Assembly (NCBI RefSeq): GCF_006345805.1
Contig: NC_043008.1
Location: forward strand, 35,712,001 to 35,776,000
DNA length: 64,000 nt
Source: Octopus sinensis
Lineage: Eukaryota
Direction: 5' to 3'
Shown: one piece after another, positions 1-14,373 of the stretch
Layout: each line of letters starts with the position of its first letter
Position numbering within the stretch: position 1 is the first letter of the stretch
The notes under the pieces: model-generated
Told to the model about the DNA's origin: nothing
The model's database searches: none
What the model saw: the letters and a program-made list of their open reading frames with translations, nothing else
Program-made: the position numbers and the translations under genes

Positions 1-240
1 ACTCTGCCACAGTTAAAATCCTAGTTTTTCTCTCCTAAGAAATTTAAATATCTCAGGTCTGTATTCATGAGTGATGGAAGGCAGAGGGCTGAATTACATG
101 TTAGAATTACAGGTGCTTGCAGACACACACACACACACACAGAGACACACACACATGCGCTCACACATACGCTAACACACATACACACACAGCAGTTTTT
201 ATTTTGGTTTCTGCCTTCCAGATTCACTCACAAGGCTTTG

Positions 241-408
241 GTTGGCCATGAGATGGAAGGGCATCCTGGCATTAGGAAGGGCATCCAGCTGTAGAAACAC
301 TGCCAGATCAGACTGGAGCCTGGTGCAGCCTTCTGGCTTCCTAGATCCCCAGTCGAACCGTCCAACCCATGCTAGCATGGAGAACGGACGTTAAACAATG
401 ATGATGAT
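241..408 (+). mobile_element. RTE LINE 3' tail fragment, inserted in a minus-strand Meta-type SINE remnant (about 195-500)
   Basis: ggcattaggaagggcatccagctgtagaa...gttaaacaatgatgatgat. The same sequence is the 3' end of the RT-bearing RTE copy at 22876-24255. Confidence 0.8.
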
Positions 409-616
409 TTCCCTGAGGAGCTGTGCTGTGGGACAGAACCCAAAATCTTATGGTTGAGAAGGAAACATCTTAACCTCACAACCAGTCCTTCACACACATG
501 CATGTCTGTATGTCATTGTCCAGTTTTATTTCAAGATTTCTTGCCAATAGAGAAAGAGCCGGTTTCTAACCTAGATTCAAGGCTCCTTCATAGGAATTTC
601 AACATCAACAGGGTAT

Positions 617-1260
<644 letters not shown>

Positions 1261-1959
1261 AATATATTTGTAGACATGTATATGATAACATAATAATGAA
1301 CTTACTTTATACAATGCTTAGGAAAAGTAGGCAAAACTGCATGAAAAGTACATAAAATATATACAGGAAACGAACAGTGAACAAGTCTTAAAAAAAGAAG
1401 AATCAGGGTTGATGGCTGGGGGGCATCAGATGTATTGTTGGCAAATTTCAGGAAGCATGGAAATTTTGAAGGATAGTGTGTCTCAACAGCTAACAACTGA
1501 TGCAGGTAGCTTATTCCATTCTTCAGCAAATCAAAGCATGAAAAATATGTTCCTGAAAGACCTACAGTAACTTCCAAGACGTATGCGGTCTACAGGTGCA
1601 AATCAGTCAATGACTTTGATAAAGCCTATCCAGAGTTGCCTCTCTTGGGTATTTCCCATTGATAAATATGTCACAAACAGATTTTAACCAACCTAAAGTT
1701 CACACACACACACATACATATATGGAGTGAGAGAGAGAGGGAGAGACAGACAGACAGACAAACAGATTGACTAGGATGAGTTATTTTGCAGATATTTTCT
1801 GTTTTATCTAGTTATATTCTAGGAATGTCGTACAAGTAATAAATGCATGCATTAAGTGCAGTTTGCTTGTGCAAATTTATGGTAATAATGATTCTTTCAG
1901 AATATAATAATTCTGATTTCAACACAGTTTTGGATTAAAATTTATGCTGAACGAATTCT

Positions 1960-2400
1960 GTTTTGTACTTATGCAGGAAAGTGAACAAATATGTTCGTTT
2001 GAACTTGTTGGATTTATTTCTCAATGATGTAAATCAGACACAATTTGAAAAGAAAGAAAAGACTTCTCTTACAGTTGGTATATAATAGATTCCTTCAGAT
2101 ATGCATTTATTAGTGGCATCACCTTCTGATCCAGCATTGCCAACAGAACTAAATTTCTCTCTGCAACCAAGTCTTTGAATGGACAAATGGATGACACTTG
2201 AAACATTTTAAAGGATTATAAATATCTGGCTCAACCTTTAAATTGTAATATCCAATTCAGAATTCTTTAGGGAGATTCAGCGTCTCAAATGTCAGCAATA
2301 AGGCATCTATGAGAATCTTCTTTTTTCTTTCCTTTCTTTTTGTGAAAGAGAACTTTCAACAGATGCTAAGCCTTGCAAAGCAAGCTTTCTCCATTTTTAT
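1960..2400 (-). pseudogene. Decayed ORF1 (gag-like, CCHC zinc knuckles) of an I/Jockey/Nimb-group non-LTR retrotransposon
   Basis: Manual minus-strand translation LLTFETLNLPKEF*IGYYNLKVEPDIYNPLKCFKCHPFVHSKT, then frameshifted ...NAGSEG..NKC...TNCK... This matches the ORF1 pattern ..KVxPYIPNPxxCFxCQxFGH followed by further knuckles. Confidence 0.7.
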
Positions 2401-2505
2401 CTCTTCTTCATTCACAAATTGAAAGACTGGAGATGTCCACTTGATCTTTACCGAAGTTTAATGTTGAGTCACTTTCACTTTTGAAGTTCGCCATATTCAC
2501 ACACA

Positions 2506-2589
<84 letters not shown>

Positions 2590-3019
2590 CACACACACAC
2601 ATTTTCTTTTGTCCACCATCCATGTTATTTCCCATGAATACCTGGTCATAATATTATTTATTTGTTTAAACCCCCACCCTGGTCCCACCTCTAACGTCTG
2701 TTAAACCTGTCTCTCATTAATCAAATGGATAACATTTAGAAAAATATTCATGTTCTTCATGTTCATGTTCTCTATAGTATGAAGTATAAGAAATTTTAGA
2801 TGTCGGCATCTTTACTAGAAAGTATTGAACTAAAAAATAGCAATGTCTGCTGACATTCCTTGTCAACAAATTATTCTTTGTGTTGTGCTTTCAAAGTCAT
2901 ATAAAACTAGAAAAAAATCCATTACTTGCAAAAGTGATAAAAGTAAGCAACAGGAAGTGCATCTGGCTGCAAAATTAAAATCCCACAAGAATTTGTACTC
3001 AGCCAAGCCATGCAAACAT

Positions 3020-3446
3020 ACTCTTTACTCTTTTACTCTTTTACTTGTCTCAGTCATTTGACTGTGGCCGTGCTGGAGCACTGCCTTTAGTCGAGCAAAT
3101 CAACCTCAAGACTTATTCTTTGTAAGCCTAGTACTTATCTATCGGTCTCTTTTGCCGAACCGCTAAGTTACGGGGGCGTAAACACACCAGCATCGGTTGT
3201 CAAGCGATGTTGGGGGGATAAACATAGACACACAAACACATAAACATACATATATATACATATATATATACATATATACGATGGGCTTCTTTCAGTTTCC
3301 GTCTACCAAATCCACTCACAAGGCTTTGGTCAGTCCGAGGTTATAGTAGAAGACACTTGCCCAAGGTATCATGCAGTGGGACTGAATCCGGAACCATGTG
3401 GTTCATAAGCAAGCTACTTACCACACAGCCACTCCTACGCCTATAT
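3020..3446 (-). mobile_element. tRNA-derived Meta-domain-like SINE with central (TA/CA)n and (GTAAAAGA)n tail
   Basis: Head taggcgtaggagtggctgtgtgg with B-box-like ggattcagtcc. Central gtgagtggatttggtagacggaaactgaaagaagc. More than 12 related copies in the window. The Meta-domain name is from recall. Confidence 0.8.
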
Positions 3447-3914
3447 ATGGGGGGAAAAATGGATGTAAAATGAACAAACAAGTGATTAAGCTTGAAAATG
3501 TTTAACAATTCCTACTTGTGTTTGTTGTTTATTCCCCTCACTATCGGCCCCTTTCTTCTGGTACAGCCCTTACTGAAAAGACCTATGACTAAAGGCATTC
3601 AAGCTGTGACCACCACATTCATTTTTAAAAATACATTAGCCAGTGTGAACCCACCCTCTTTTAACATATTTACAGCAACTGGAACATGTCGGGTTCCAGT
3701 GGATCCAATTAATGGAACAGTCTGCTTGGGAAATTAATGTACAAATGGCTGAGCACACCACTGGCACTATGAATATTATCCAAGCCCTTCATTCTCAGTC
3801 TACCCCTAGGTTTCCTGTCAGTTGGCTCAGCTTGAAGAAGTCATCTTGTGATTCTTTCTTGTGACATTCTAATAACAAAGCTGTAGAACAGGGTCTGTGA
3901 CCACTCAACAGTAA

Positions 3915-4310
3915 TTATCAAGAAATAGCAGTCAAATCTCCCACAAATTATATCCTCCAAACAATTAAACCTAGAGAAAATCCTGATGGCCATGGCTGGA
4001 ATGCTTTTGATAAAAGCCTGCTCTATCAGGAACTTTGGGCTAAACAGCAACAATATCATGCCAACTACTAAAATCAATAGAAAGAGTTAAAAGAGTCACC
4101 ATGCGGTCACTCAACCTGCAAGAAACAACACCTAAATCTCCCTCAAAACTCTCCACACCAAGTAGTCTTAGAAAAGAACACAATGGATGATGTGGAGCTG
4201 GATTCCTTGCTCGTAGGCAAAGGTGAAGTGGTCATGACTGGAATGTCTTTGATTAATGTCTGCTTGACCAGGACTGATTTGTGGCTAAACAACAACACAA
4301 ACAACAACCA
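3915..4310 (+). repeat. Two tandem copies of an unclassified (CAA)n-tailed interspersed repeat
   Basis: Shared motifs aaatagcagtcaaatctcc...ggtcatggctggaatg...ctaaacaacaac. Also at about 3500-3630 (-), 14810-14940, 20980-21110, 50750-50840 (-) and 51900-52110. Confidence 0.6.
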
Positions 4311-4931
4311 CCATCACCAACCACCACCACCACCACCATAACTATCATGATCATCATCATCATCATGAAGCATTCCTCTTTGGTCTCTATGTGTTAAAAG
4401 AGTAATCCACTCCTCCATCCATCATCCATCAACACAACTGGCCTGACTCCCACTACAACTACCAACACCACTGCCACTACCATCCCACAATGTATTCTAC
4501 TAGAGAACATATCGGACACATCGATATATCAGACACATCATATATAATTATACTCAGAGTGCTAAGGGACTTAATTAACTTAATAAAATGACAGCCAATA
4601 GTTAATTGTTTTAAATTACAGAGCTTGCGAAAAGAGTGAAAAAAACTCTGTGGATACGAGAGAGAGAGGGAGAGAGAGAGAGAAACAGACTGAAAGAGAG
4701 GGACAGAGAGATAAACAGAGTGAGAGAGAGAGAGAGACAGAGAGGTCCATGGTGTAAAAGTTTACACGGACGATAAGCTGCTGCCGCTGCTGTTGCAGTT
4801 GTTGTTGTCGAATAGTGGATGGAAAATACAACTTCTGTTGACCACTGATCACATGGATCTGTTTGTACACAGAACCTGCATGCACTCACACATATGCAGA
4901 TGTGTATGAGGCAACTTAGCAATCATTAGAG

Positions 4932-5094
4932 CAGTCATGAAGACAATGCAACCTGCAAGCCACATGTGGCCAGCAGTGCTCTCAGAATGGCCCAACATAA
5001 AATTATCTTGAGTCTTTTTTAGTAATGCAACCTGTCTGACAATCAGCCATGTCTCATGTAGCCCATTTCTCAGAAAAAAAGTTGACCATGTCTG
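4932..5094. mobile_element. Probable hAT-derived MITE
   Basis: Imperfect TIRs cagtcatg / catgtctg, internal gccacatgtggcc motif typical of hAT subterminal repeats, and 8-bp flanks cattagag / agttagac resembling a TAGA-centred TSD. Confidence 0.4.
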
Positions 5095-5118
5095 AGTTAG
5101 ACTATCAGAAGAAATGCA

Positions 5119-5720
5119 AGGCGGCAAGCTGGTAGAAACGTTAGCACACCAGGTTAAATGCTTTGCAGTATTTCGTCTGCCGTTACGTTCTGAGTTCAAA
5201 TTCTGCCGAGGTCGACTTTGCCTTTCATCCTTTCAGGGTCGATAAATTAAGTACCAGTTACACACTGGGATCGATATAATCAACTTAATCCGTCTGTCTG
5301 TCCTTGTTTGTCTCCTCTGTGTTTAGCCCCTTGTGGGTAGTAAAGAAATAGGTATTTTGTCTGTTTTTACATTCTGAGTTCAAATTCCACTGAGATCAAC
5401 TTTGCCTTTCGGGGTCGATAAATTAAGTACCAGTTGTGTACTGGAGTTTATCGACTGGCCCCTTCCCCAAAAATGTTGGGCCTTGTGCCAAGAGCAGAAA
5501 AGAATATCAGAAGATATGCATTGCGGGATTTATTCTTCTGGCTCCTTATCTGTTCTGAGTTCAAATCCTACCAAGGTTCAACCTTGTCTATCATCTTTTC
5601 AGGTTCAATAAGTAAAATACCAGTCAAGAGAAATAAACTGGTGGAATCATTCGAGCATCTGCCAAGATACTGTGTCATATTTGTTCCAGCCCTTTAGGTT
5701 TTGATTTCAAATATTTGCAG
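5119..5720 (+). mobile_element. Nin/Deu-domain-like tRNA SINE: full monomer followed by headless tandem units
   Basis: A-box ggcaagctggtagaa, B-box gagttcaaattc, core gcctttcatcctttcagggtcgataaattaagtaccag. Units restart after the tail at about 5351 and 5530. Confidence 0.8.
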
Positions 5721-5730
5721 TGAACTTTGA

Positions 5731-5947
5731 TTAACATTCAAATTATTCTATCAAATGTGATGCTTATTTATTCACTGTTTTGAATAAATCATGCATTATC
5801 TTGTAGCTTCAAGATTCCAGTGATATGATAATTTATTTCTGAATGACATTGCAGGGTAGGTATGAGATGCCAGCTCTGGCCAGCTTGAACATAAAACAGA
5901 TAGAATATTCAGGCTGGATATGGCTGGATTAAATGCTAAAAGGTTAG
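5731..5947. mobile_element. piggyBac-like MITE (degenerate ends)
   Basis: Same family as 50060-50529, which has TTAA-CCCCTT...AAGGA-TTAA ends. Right end here is aatgctaaaaggttag. Confidence 0.6.
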
Positions 5948-6059
5948 TCCATCATTTGGATTAACACAACCACTTGGTATTTGGGTGCCTTTAGCAGAGT
6001 TCCCTCTGTTACAACATCCAGGCTAGATCCCCACTTTTTTTTTTCTCCATACACTGTAA

Positions 6060-6535
6060 TATTAAAACTTGCTATCTTCAGTTCAGTTTTCATGCCTATC
6101 CTCACCTATGCTCATGAATAATGGGTAATGACCAAAAGAGTTCAATCAAGAATGCAAATGGCAGAAATGGGATTCCTCCAAAAGATCTCTGGGATAATGT
6201 TACTTGACAGGGTGCATAGCTTGGAGATCAAGAAGGCCGTTGAGGTTGAGATGCTACCTCTTGGCATTGAGGAGTCACAGTTCCAGTAGTATGGAGATGT
6301 AATTAGAATGTTACAAGAAAGGATCGCAAGATGAATCTGTCAAGCTAAGCCGTCGAGCAGGAGATCTAAGGTCATTCCAGCCATGGCCATCTAGATTTTC
6401 AGTTGGTCACACTAAAGAATCCAGCCAGAAAGTGTTATGACAACTGTTTCTGATATGACCTCATGGAAGAGATACCTGAAGACTCTACCCCTATGACCTC
6501 CCCAGGAATAATGGGTAAGGAAGATGGATTGATGT
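6060..6535 (+). pseudogene. RTE-clade LINE reverse transcriptase C-terminal region, decayed
   Basis: LKLAIFSSVFMPILTYAHE*WVMTKRVQSRMQMAEMGFLQKISGIMLLDRVHSLEIKKAVEVE...QFQ*YGDVIRM matches the RTE pattern LTYGHESWVMT...AEMxFLR...QLRWxGHxxRM. Confidence 0.8.
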
Positions 6536-6634
6536 AATACTAAAGAAAATACAGTTTATATTATACATGAGATATTTTATCTGAGACATCATAGCCTATA
6601 AGAGAGGGTTGCACATTATACATGAGTACATATT

Positions 6635-6868
6635 GAAGGCGGCGAGCTGGCAGAAACGTTAGTGCGCCGGGCGAAATGCTTAGCGGTATTTCATCTGTCG
6701 TTACGTTCTGAGTTCAAATTCTGCCACGGTCAATTTTGCCTTTCATCCTTTCAGGGTCGATAAATTAACTACCAGTTTCACACTGGGGTCGATGTAATTG
6801 ACTTAATCCCTTTGTCTGTCCTTGTTTGTCCCCTCTATGTTTAGCCCCTTGAGGGCAGTAAAGAAATA
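6635..6868 (+). mobile_element. Full-length Nin-like SINE with 18-bp TSD
   Basis: Flanking direct repeat tatacatgagtacatatt at 6617-6634 and 6869-6886. Confidence 0.9.
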
Positions 6869-7309
6869 TATACATGAGTACATATTATACATGAGTAACT
6901 ACCATATTCAATGCCAAGAAAATGAAACAGAGTATATTGACTTTACAAGGCTTTTAGGAAACTAATATATTTTTTGATATTTACCTCCATTTTCTTATGT
7001 ATAGACATCCTCCTATTTTCTTTACCATTTTCCTCATTCTTTCGTTTCTCCCAAGAAATACAAGCCAACCGACCATACACTGATAAAAACACACAATTAT
7101 GGATTTAGTCTAAATTACATTGCTGGTTTACAGAAACAACATTGAGAGAAAGAAACAATGTCAGAAACCAACGGAATGAAACACAAACAGGCAGACAAGC
7201 AGATGAAGTGAGAAGCAGACAGACAGGATGACAAACAGATACAGAATATATAAACATAGTTACACATTCAGAAATTTGAGGGATTAACATATTAGTGTGG
7301 CAAAAAGAG

Positions 7310-8530
<1,221 letters not shown>

Positions 8531-8912
8531 ACGTTACAAGATTACCAATAACAATAACAATGAGAAACAAAAGTTATCCCACCACCACTACCACTACCAC
8601 CACCGCTGCCACAACAACAACAACAACAACAAAGAACAACACAGAAAGCAAAAGTAAAAACAAAACACAAAAAGAACGTTGATCATTTCTGTGCAGCTTA
8701 TTGCTTCTGGCTTGGAATGAAGAACAAAAGCGAAAGACAGCAAAACGTTTGATTAAGTATTCATTGGACAATTTGCACGACTAATTTTCCCTGACAAGAA
8801 ATGCCAACAGACATCATGTAAACCAAAACCATGAAAACATAACCCTTAAACAGATAGGCAGATAAATATATTATATATATATACATATACACACAGACAA
8901 ACAGATAGACAG

Positions 8913-8970
<58 letters not shown>

Positions 8971-9074
8971 CATGTGTGTGTATATGTATATATATATATA
9001 TATATACATATATATGTGAGTGTGTGTGTGTATGTATTATATATATATATGTGTGTCTGTGTGTGTGTGTGTGT

Positions 9075-9345
9075 ATCATCATCATCATCTAACGTCTGTT
9101 TTCCATGTTGGCATGGGTTGGACGGTTTGACTGAGAGCTGGCAAGCCAGATGGCTGCACCAGGCTCCAATCTGACATGGCAATGTTTTTATAGCTGGATG
9201 CCCTGCCTAATGCCAACCACTCCAAGAGTGTAGTGGATGCTTTTGCGTGCCACAAGCATGGGAGCCAGTCAGGCGATACTGGCATTGGCCACATTCGGAT
9301 GGTGCTTTTTACATGCTATTGGCACTGGAGTCAGTCAGGGCAGGC
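9075..9345 (-). mobile_element. RTE LINE 3' tail
   Basis: catcatcatctaacgtctgttttccatgttggcatgggttggacgg...ggatgccctgcctaatgccaaccactcc. Confidence 0.8.
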
Positions 9346-9359
9346 CATTAAAATGACCT

Positions 9360-9480
9360 TTTGTGTCGATGGTTGCGCCCACCCTTACCCACCCAACCAC
9401 CAATAGCGGAAATCTCTTTCTCCCACTCATTCTTACCGGATATCTCTTTCTCTCTCGTTCACTCTTACCGGAAATCTCTT

Positions 9481-9512
<32 letters not shown>

Positions 9513-9940
9513 TACCCGAAATCTTTCTCTTACCAGGCATCTAGTTGCCCTTCCCCTCTCTCCTCCTCTGTTGGTAATCTTGCTGCCCTCTCCTCTCTCT
9601 CCACCTCCAATTTCTAGAGAAACTAAACCAGACAGTAGCCTACTCACTTTTTTTAAAATTTATTTATACATCTACATCTGCAGCATCAGTAATGCTTCAC
9701 CCACAAGGCTCATAACGCTTATATTTACAATGCCCCAAACACTTTCATATGCAATGCTTCCTCACTCGCCCCCCCACCCCAGTAGAGGTAACAACCTTAA
9801 CAACTCTAACAAGCTTGAATGATGGTAGGGTAAAAGCAAGAACGAACTATTATGATGTCTGTTACCAAACGTTCACGGGAACCTTCTTTTCAAGTACTGA
9901 ATAACATCTCTCCTTCCTGTGTTATCTCTCATATCTCTTT
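9360..9940 (+). mobile_element. Possible Penelope-like element end with a degraded hammerhead motif
   Basis: TC-rich tract followed by tgaatga-t-ggtag...ttacc-aaacgtt...aacatc, resembling CUGANGA-stem II-GAAAC...GUC after decay. Confidence 0.35.
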
Positions 9941-10753
9941 CCCAGTTTTCAGTGTTGGCACTCAAAATGTAGGCACATTGAAAGGTAGGTCTAGTGAGAT
10001 GTATATGTAATATAAGAGTGTATAAAATATTTTTGACAGGACTCCTTACATGCTAGAAAAGGCAGTTAAAACCCAAACCACAAAAAAAAAGAATTCATGA
10101 GGCACACTGTTATGACACTAGAACAAACAAAAACATGAATTAGTTAATCCTAAACTCGAGTTTCTCTATTAATTGTCAAATAAACTAATTTGGAATTTTA
10201 AAAAATATGTTATATCTTATGACTTTTATTTATGCATGCTAACCACCAGTAATAAATTCTATTACCCTCATATTTACAATAGATACATATGTAGTTCTAT
10301 TATTTCCTATTTTTCTGTTGTAGATTTTTTCTTTTTTTATATTTTGGGAGGGTCATTATACCAAATTTTCTAATATTTTTGCTTCTCATTGTCATTTATT
10401 TTTTGGCATTAGTCATGTCTACTGTTGTTGTTGTTATTGTTGTAGTTCTTAATTGTCATTTTATCAACAAAAATTTGTATCCCCTTTCTAAGGAAACAGG
10501 AAACAAATTGCAAAAATTCTATTTTATGCAATAATTTTTGTCTTGAAGAAGTATTTATTGTATTCTATCTACTTGTCTGTGTCCTTCACACACACAACAC
10601 ACACACAAACATAAATATAACCATCTTCATTGTTATCATCAATATCATCATCATCATTGTCAACATAATCCTGTCATCTGTTGTATATTTCAACTGGATC
10701 CAACAAGTCAGAGAACTGAGTCATGTTCCAATAACTATTTTGGCATGATTTCT

Positions 10754-10985
10754 TATTTCTTTACTACCCACAAGGAGCTAAACATAGAGGGGACAAACAA
10801 GCACAGACAAAGGGATTAAGTCGATTACATTGACCCCAGTGCGTAACTGGTACTTAATTTATTGACCCCGAAAGGATGAAAGGCAAAGTCGACCTCAGTG
10901 GAATTTGAACTGAGAACATAAAGACAGACGAACTACCGCTAAGCATTTCGCTCGGCGTGCTAACGTTTCTGCCAATTCACCGCCT
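10754..10985 (-). mobile_element. Nin-like SINE with 18-bp TSD, inserted in an RTE-tail-like repeat
   Basis: tattttggcatgatttct at 10736-10753 versus tattttggcatggtttct at 10986-11003. Confidence 0.85.
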
Positions 10986-11390
10986 TATTTTGGCATGGTT
11001 TCTGTGGCTGGATGCTCTTCCTCATGCTAACCAACTTACAAAATGTATTAGGTGTTTTTTTTTTTCTTTTCAGGAACCAGAACTAGTTGCTATGTAACTG
11101 GCAGTGCTAAAAGACTCTTCTCAGCTAAATGGAACTACAGTAGAAAGAGAGGTGGCTTTTTATGCTTGATGTTAAAAAGTTAAATTATGAAATATATATT
11201 GTTTTCTAGTGTCTTTGATCAACAATTAATGTCATTGGTTACAAGTTTCCAGTAAGCTGATCACTGTTTCCCTGTTTCTATTGGCAACAAATACTACACA
11301 GGGTATTTTTATTTGGAAACAAAAACAATAGTTCTAAAGTTTTCTTAATCAAAATATCTTGCTGATATGTATATATATATATATTATATA

Positions 11391-11430
<40 letters not shown>

Positions 11431-11924
11431 TATATATATACATATATACATATATACATACACACACATACATACATAGAGGAAACTTGTTTCCCAACCA
11501 TATGGTTCCTGGTTCAGTCCCACTGCATGGCACCTTGGCCAAGTGTCTTTTGGGCTGATCAAAGCCTTGTGAGTGAATTTGGTAGATGGAAATTCCATCA
11601 CATGTTTATGCTTGTGTGAAAGTGCTCCTTTAATAGAGAGGAGGGAAACACATACACATACATATATACACATACATAGATATACATACAATCACACACA
11701 CACACACACATACACACACACACACAGACACACACATGCACGCATAACTGGCACATGTCCCTGTATAGGAACCAGGCACAGTGCTTGTACAGAGAGCCTC
11801 TTCTTGTACTGCAAAGAGCAAGACTTCAGTTTCAAGTAACAAATCTAATTTTTCATATCAATCATCAGGCTTTAACCACAATAACAGTTCATTCAACTTC
11901 CGAAAATCTGCCAAGAACTTTTCC

Positions 11925-12310
11925 TACTTCCACCACCACAGCCAGCACCATCAGCATCATCATCATCACCACCACCACCACCAAAACCACCACCACCACC
12001 ACCACCACCACCAGTACCATCATCATCATCATCATCATCATCGTTATCTTCACCATCTTTGTCATCGTTATCATCATCATGATTGTTGATCATTATTTTA
12101 AAAGAAATTATTATTGTTGTTGTTGTAACTGCTGCTGCTACTACTAGTAATACCACAACTATCATTACTATTATTTCTATTATTATTACTGTTGTTACTA
12201 CTACTACTGCTACTACTTTCACTATTAATATTATTATTACCATTCTTTCTACTACTGTTGTTATTATTGCTGTTATTCTTACCACCACCACCACCACTAC
12301 TACTACTAAC
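11925..12310. repeat. Imperfect trinucleotide array (ACC/ATC/ACT/ATT/GTT)
   Basis: Directly visible. Source of the poly-T/I/H/V ORFs. Confidence 0.9.
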
Positions 12311-12477
12311 TGAAGCCCAAATATTAATTGAAGATTATAAATCCAATTATGAACAGATTATATGGCTGTAGAAACGAAGACATTACCTTAGTGACAATCT
12401 GACTGGAATCAAATAGATGCTGAATGAGTCTTCTAAGAGTGGCACTAAAACAACTAATAGCGGAATGGGTGAATGGC

Positions 12478-13116
12478 TGCTAAACCAGGGTATTACCCAA
12501 CCCTTTCATCCACCCCAATAAGGGTCAAACAAATAAAGGAAGGAGCTACAACACAGGCATTCAACTTGCTAAATATACCAACCAAAACTCCTTCATATCA
12601 TAACTTTTATATCTTTTATTTGTTGCAGTCATTAAACTGTGGTCATGCTGGGGCACTACCCTGAGGGAATATAGTTTAAAAGAATTGACCCCAGTACTTA
12701 TTCTATCAGTTTTTTTTGCCAAAACACTGTTACAGGGACATAAACACACCAACACCTTTCTCTCGGGGGGCGTACAATCTGTCTTGTATGCACGCTAAAC
12801 CAGGGTATTACCCAACGCTTTCATCCACCCCAATAAGGGCCAAGCAAATAAAGGAAAGAGCTACAACACAGGCATCCAACTTGCTAGATATAGCAACCAA
12901 ATCTCCTTCATATCTTTTATCTTTTATTTTTTATATCTTTTATTTGTTGCAGTCATTAAACTGTGGTCATGCTGGGGCACTACCCTCAGGGAATATAGTC
13001 AAAGGACTTGACCCCAGTACTTATTCTATCAGTTTCTTTTGCCAAACCACTGTTACAGGAACATAAACACACCAACACTTTTCTCTCAGGGGGCTTACAA
13101 TCTGTCTTGTATGCAC
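12478..13116. repeat. Tandem duplication of an approximately 315-bp chimeric unit
   Basis: gctaaaccagggtattacccaa starts at 12478 and 12793. Both units end in tacaatctgtcttgtatgcac. Confidence 0.9.
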
Positions 13117-13655
13117 ACTGACATTGGACATCCAGCAGATCATACTAGCGTCATTTCTTTCTAGCCTATACATGTCCTCATCATTCAAGGCCCATGTTTC
13201 ACTGTCATGTAGCATGGCAGTTCACACACATGCATCATACAGTCTACCTTTCACCCTGAGTGAGAGGCCCTTAGTTGCCAGCAGAGATAGGCACTCCCTG
13301 AACTTTACCCTGGCTATTCTTACTCTAGTCACTACACTCTCAGAGCAACTGCCCCAGCAGCAGTTACCTAGGTGACCAATTGGTCGCCTAGATAGCAGAA
13401 GCTATTAACTACTTCTAGTTTCTTCCCCTGGAATGTGATGGAATCTGTTTTCTGCACATCTTCAGTATTTATTACCCCTGTGCATCTGCCACACAAAAAC
13501 TATTTTCCCAGTGAACCTTCCTTTGATATTGCTGCACCTTTTATGTGTCCATAGCTTACACCAGGTACATCATATGGAGTTTCTTTCCATGCTTTTCTAC
13601 AGACCGAGCAGGGCCATCTACCTAAAGGGGGTTGTGATTTGACAGCATTCCTACA
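13075..13655 (-). pseudogene. RTE LINE ORF fragment (Cys-rich insert plus RT C-terminus)
   Basis: GRWPCSVCRK...; LHDSETWALNDEDMYRLERNDASMICWMSNVSVHTRQ. Same family as 22876-24255. Confidence 0.85.
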
Positions 13656-14133
13656 AACACACACACACACACACACACAGATACAGTGCAATATTTTTCC
13701 CATGTATGCTGACTATAGATAACAGTCAAATCAATATATACAGAGGAAACTTATAATTATCTTTTATGTCACTTGTATCAGTCAGTTGACTGTGGCCATG
13801 CTGGGGCACCACCTCGAAGGGCTTTAGTCAAACAAATTGACCTCAGAACTCATTTTTTAAGCCTAGTACTTATACTATTGGTCTCTAGCTGAACTACTAA
13901 GTTATGGGGATGTAAACACACCAGCACTGGTTGTAAAACAGAAGTGGGGGACGAACAGAGACACAAAGATACACACATAAATATATACATATACATATAC
14001 ACATATACATATACATATATATATACATATACATATATATATATACATATATATACATATACATATATATATAACATATACATATATATTTACATATACA
14101 TATATATATACATATACACATATATATACATAT

Positions 14134-14194
<61 letters not shown>

Positions 14195-14328
14195 AAAATA
14201 GTAAAGTGTGAAAAAACGACAGAAGGCTTAAATGTTAAAAAATATATATATTTGTGTCAAAATGTCTGGAGAATATTGGAAAAATTTTTTTTTCCTTTCC
14301 TTAAAATGACATAATTTTAAAATTTTTA

Positions 14329-14368
14329 AAGAAATTACCGGTTTCGCGTGTAGCTTTTCAAATTTCTT
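14329..14368 (-). ncRNA. Mirror copy of the same hammerhead motif
   Basis: Exact reverse complement of 14374-14413. Confidence 0.6.
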
Positions 14369-14373
14369 GTCAC

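Noticed and set aside
9979-10001. 18/23 identity to miR-71 (tgaaaggtaggtctagtgagatg)
   Set aside because: The seed differs, there is no star arm downstream, and such matches are expected by chance in 64 kb.
11800-11880. LLETEVLLFAVQEEAL resembling the R4-type ETExLLxAxQEQAL motif
   Set aside because: Too short and isolated to call.
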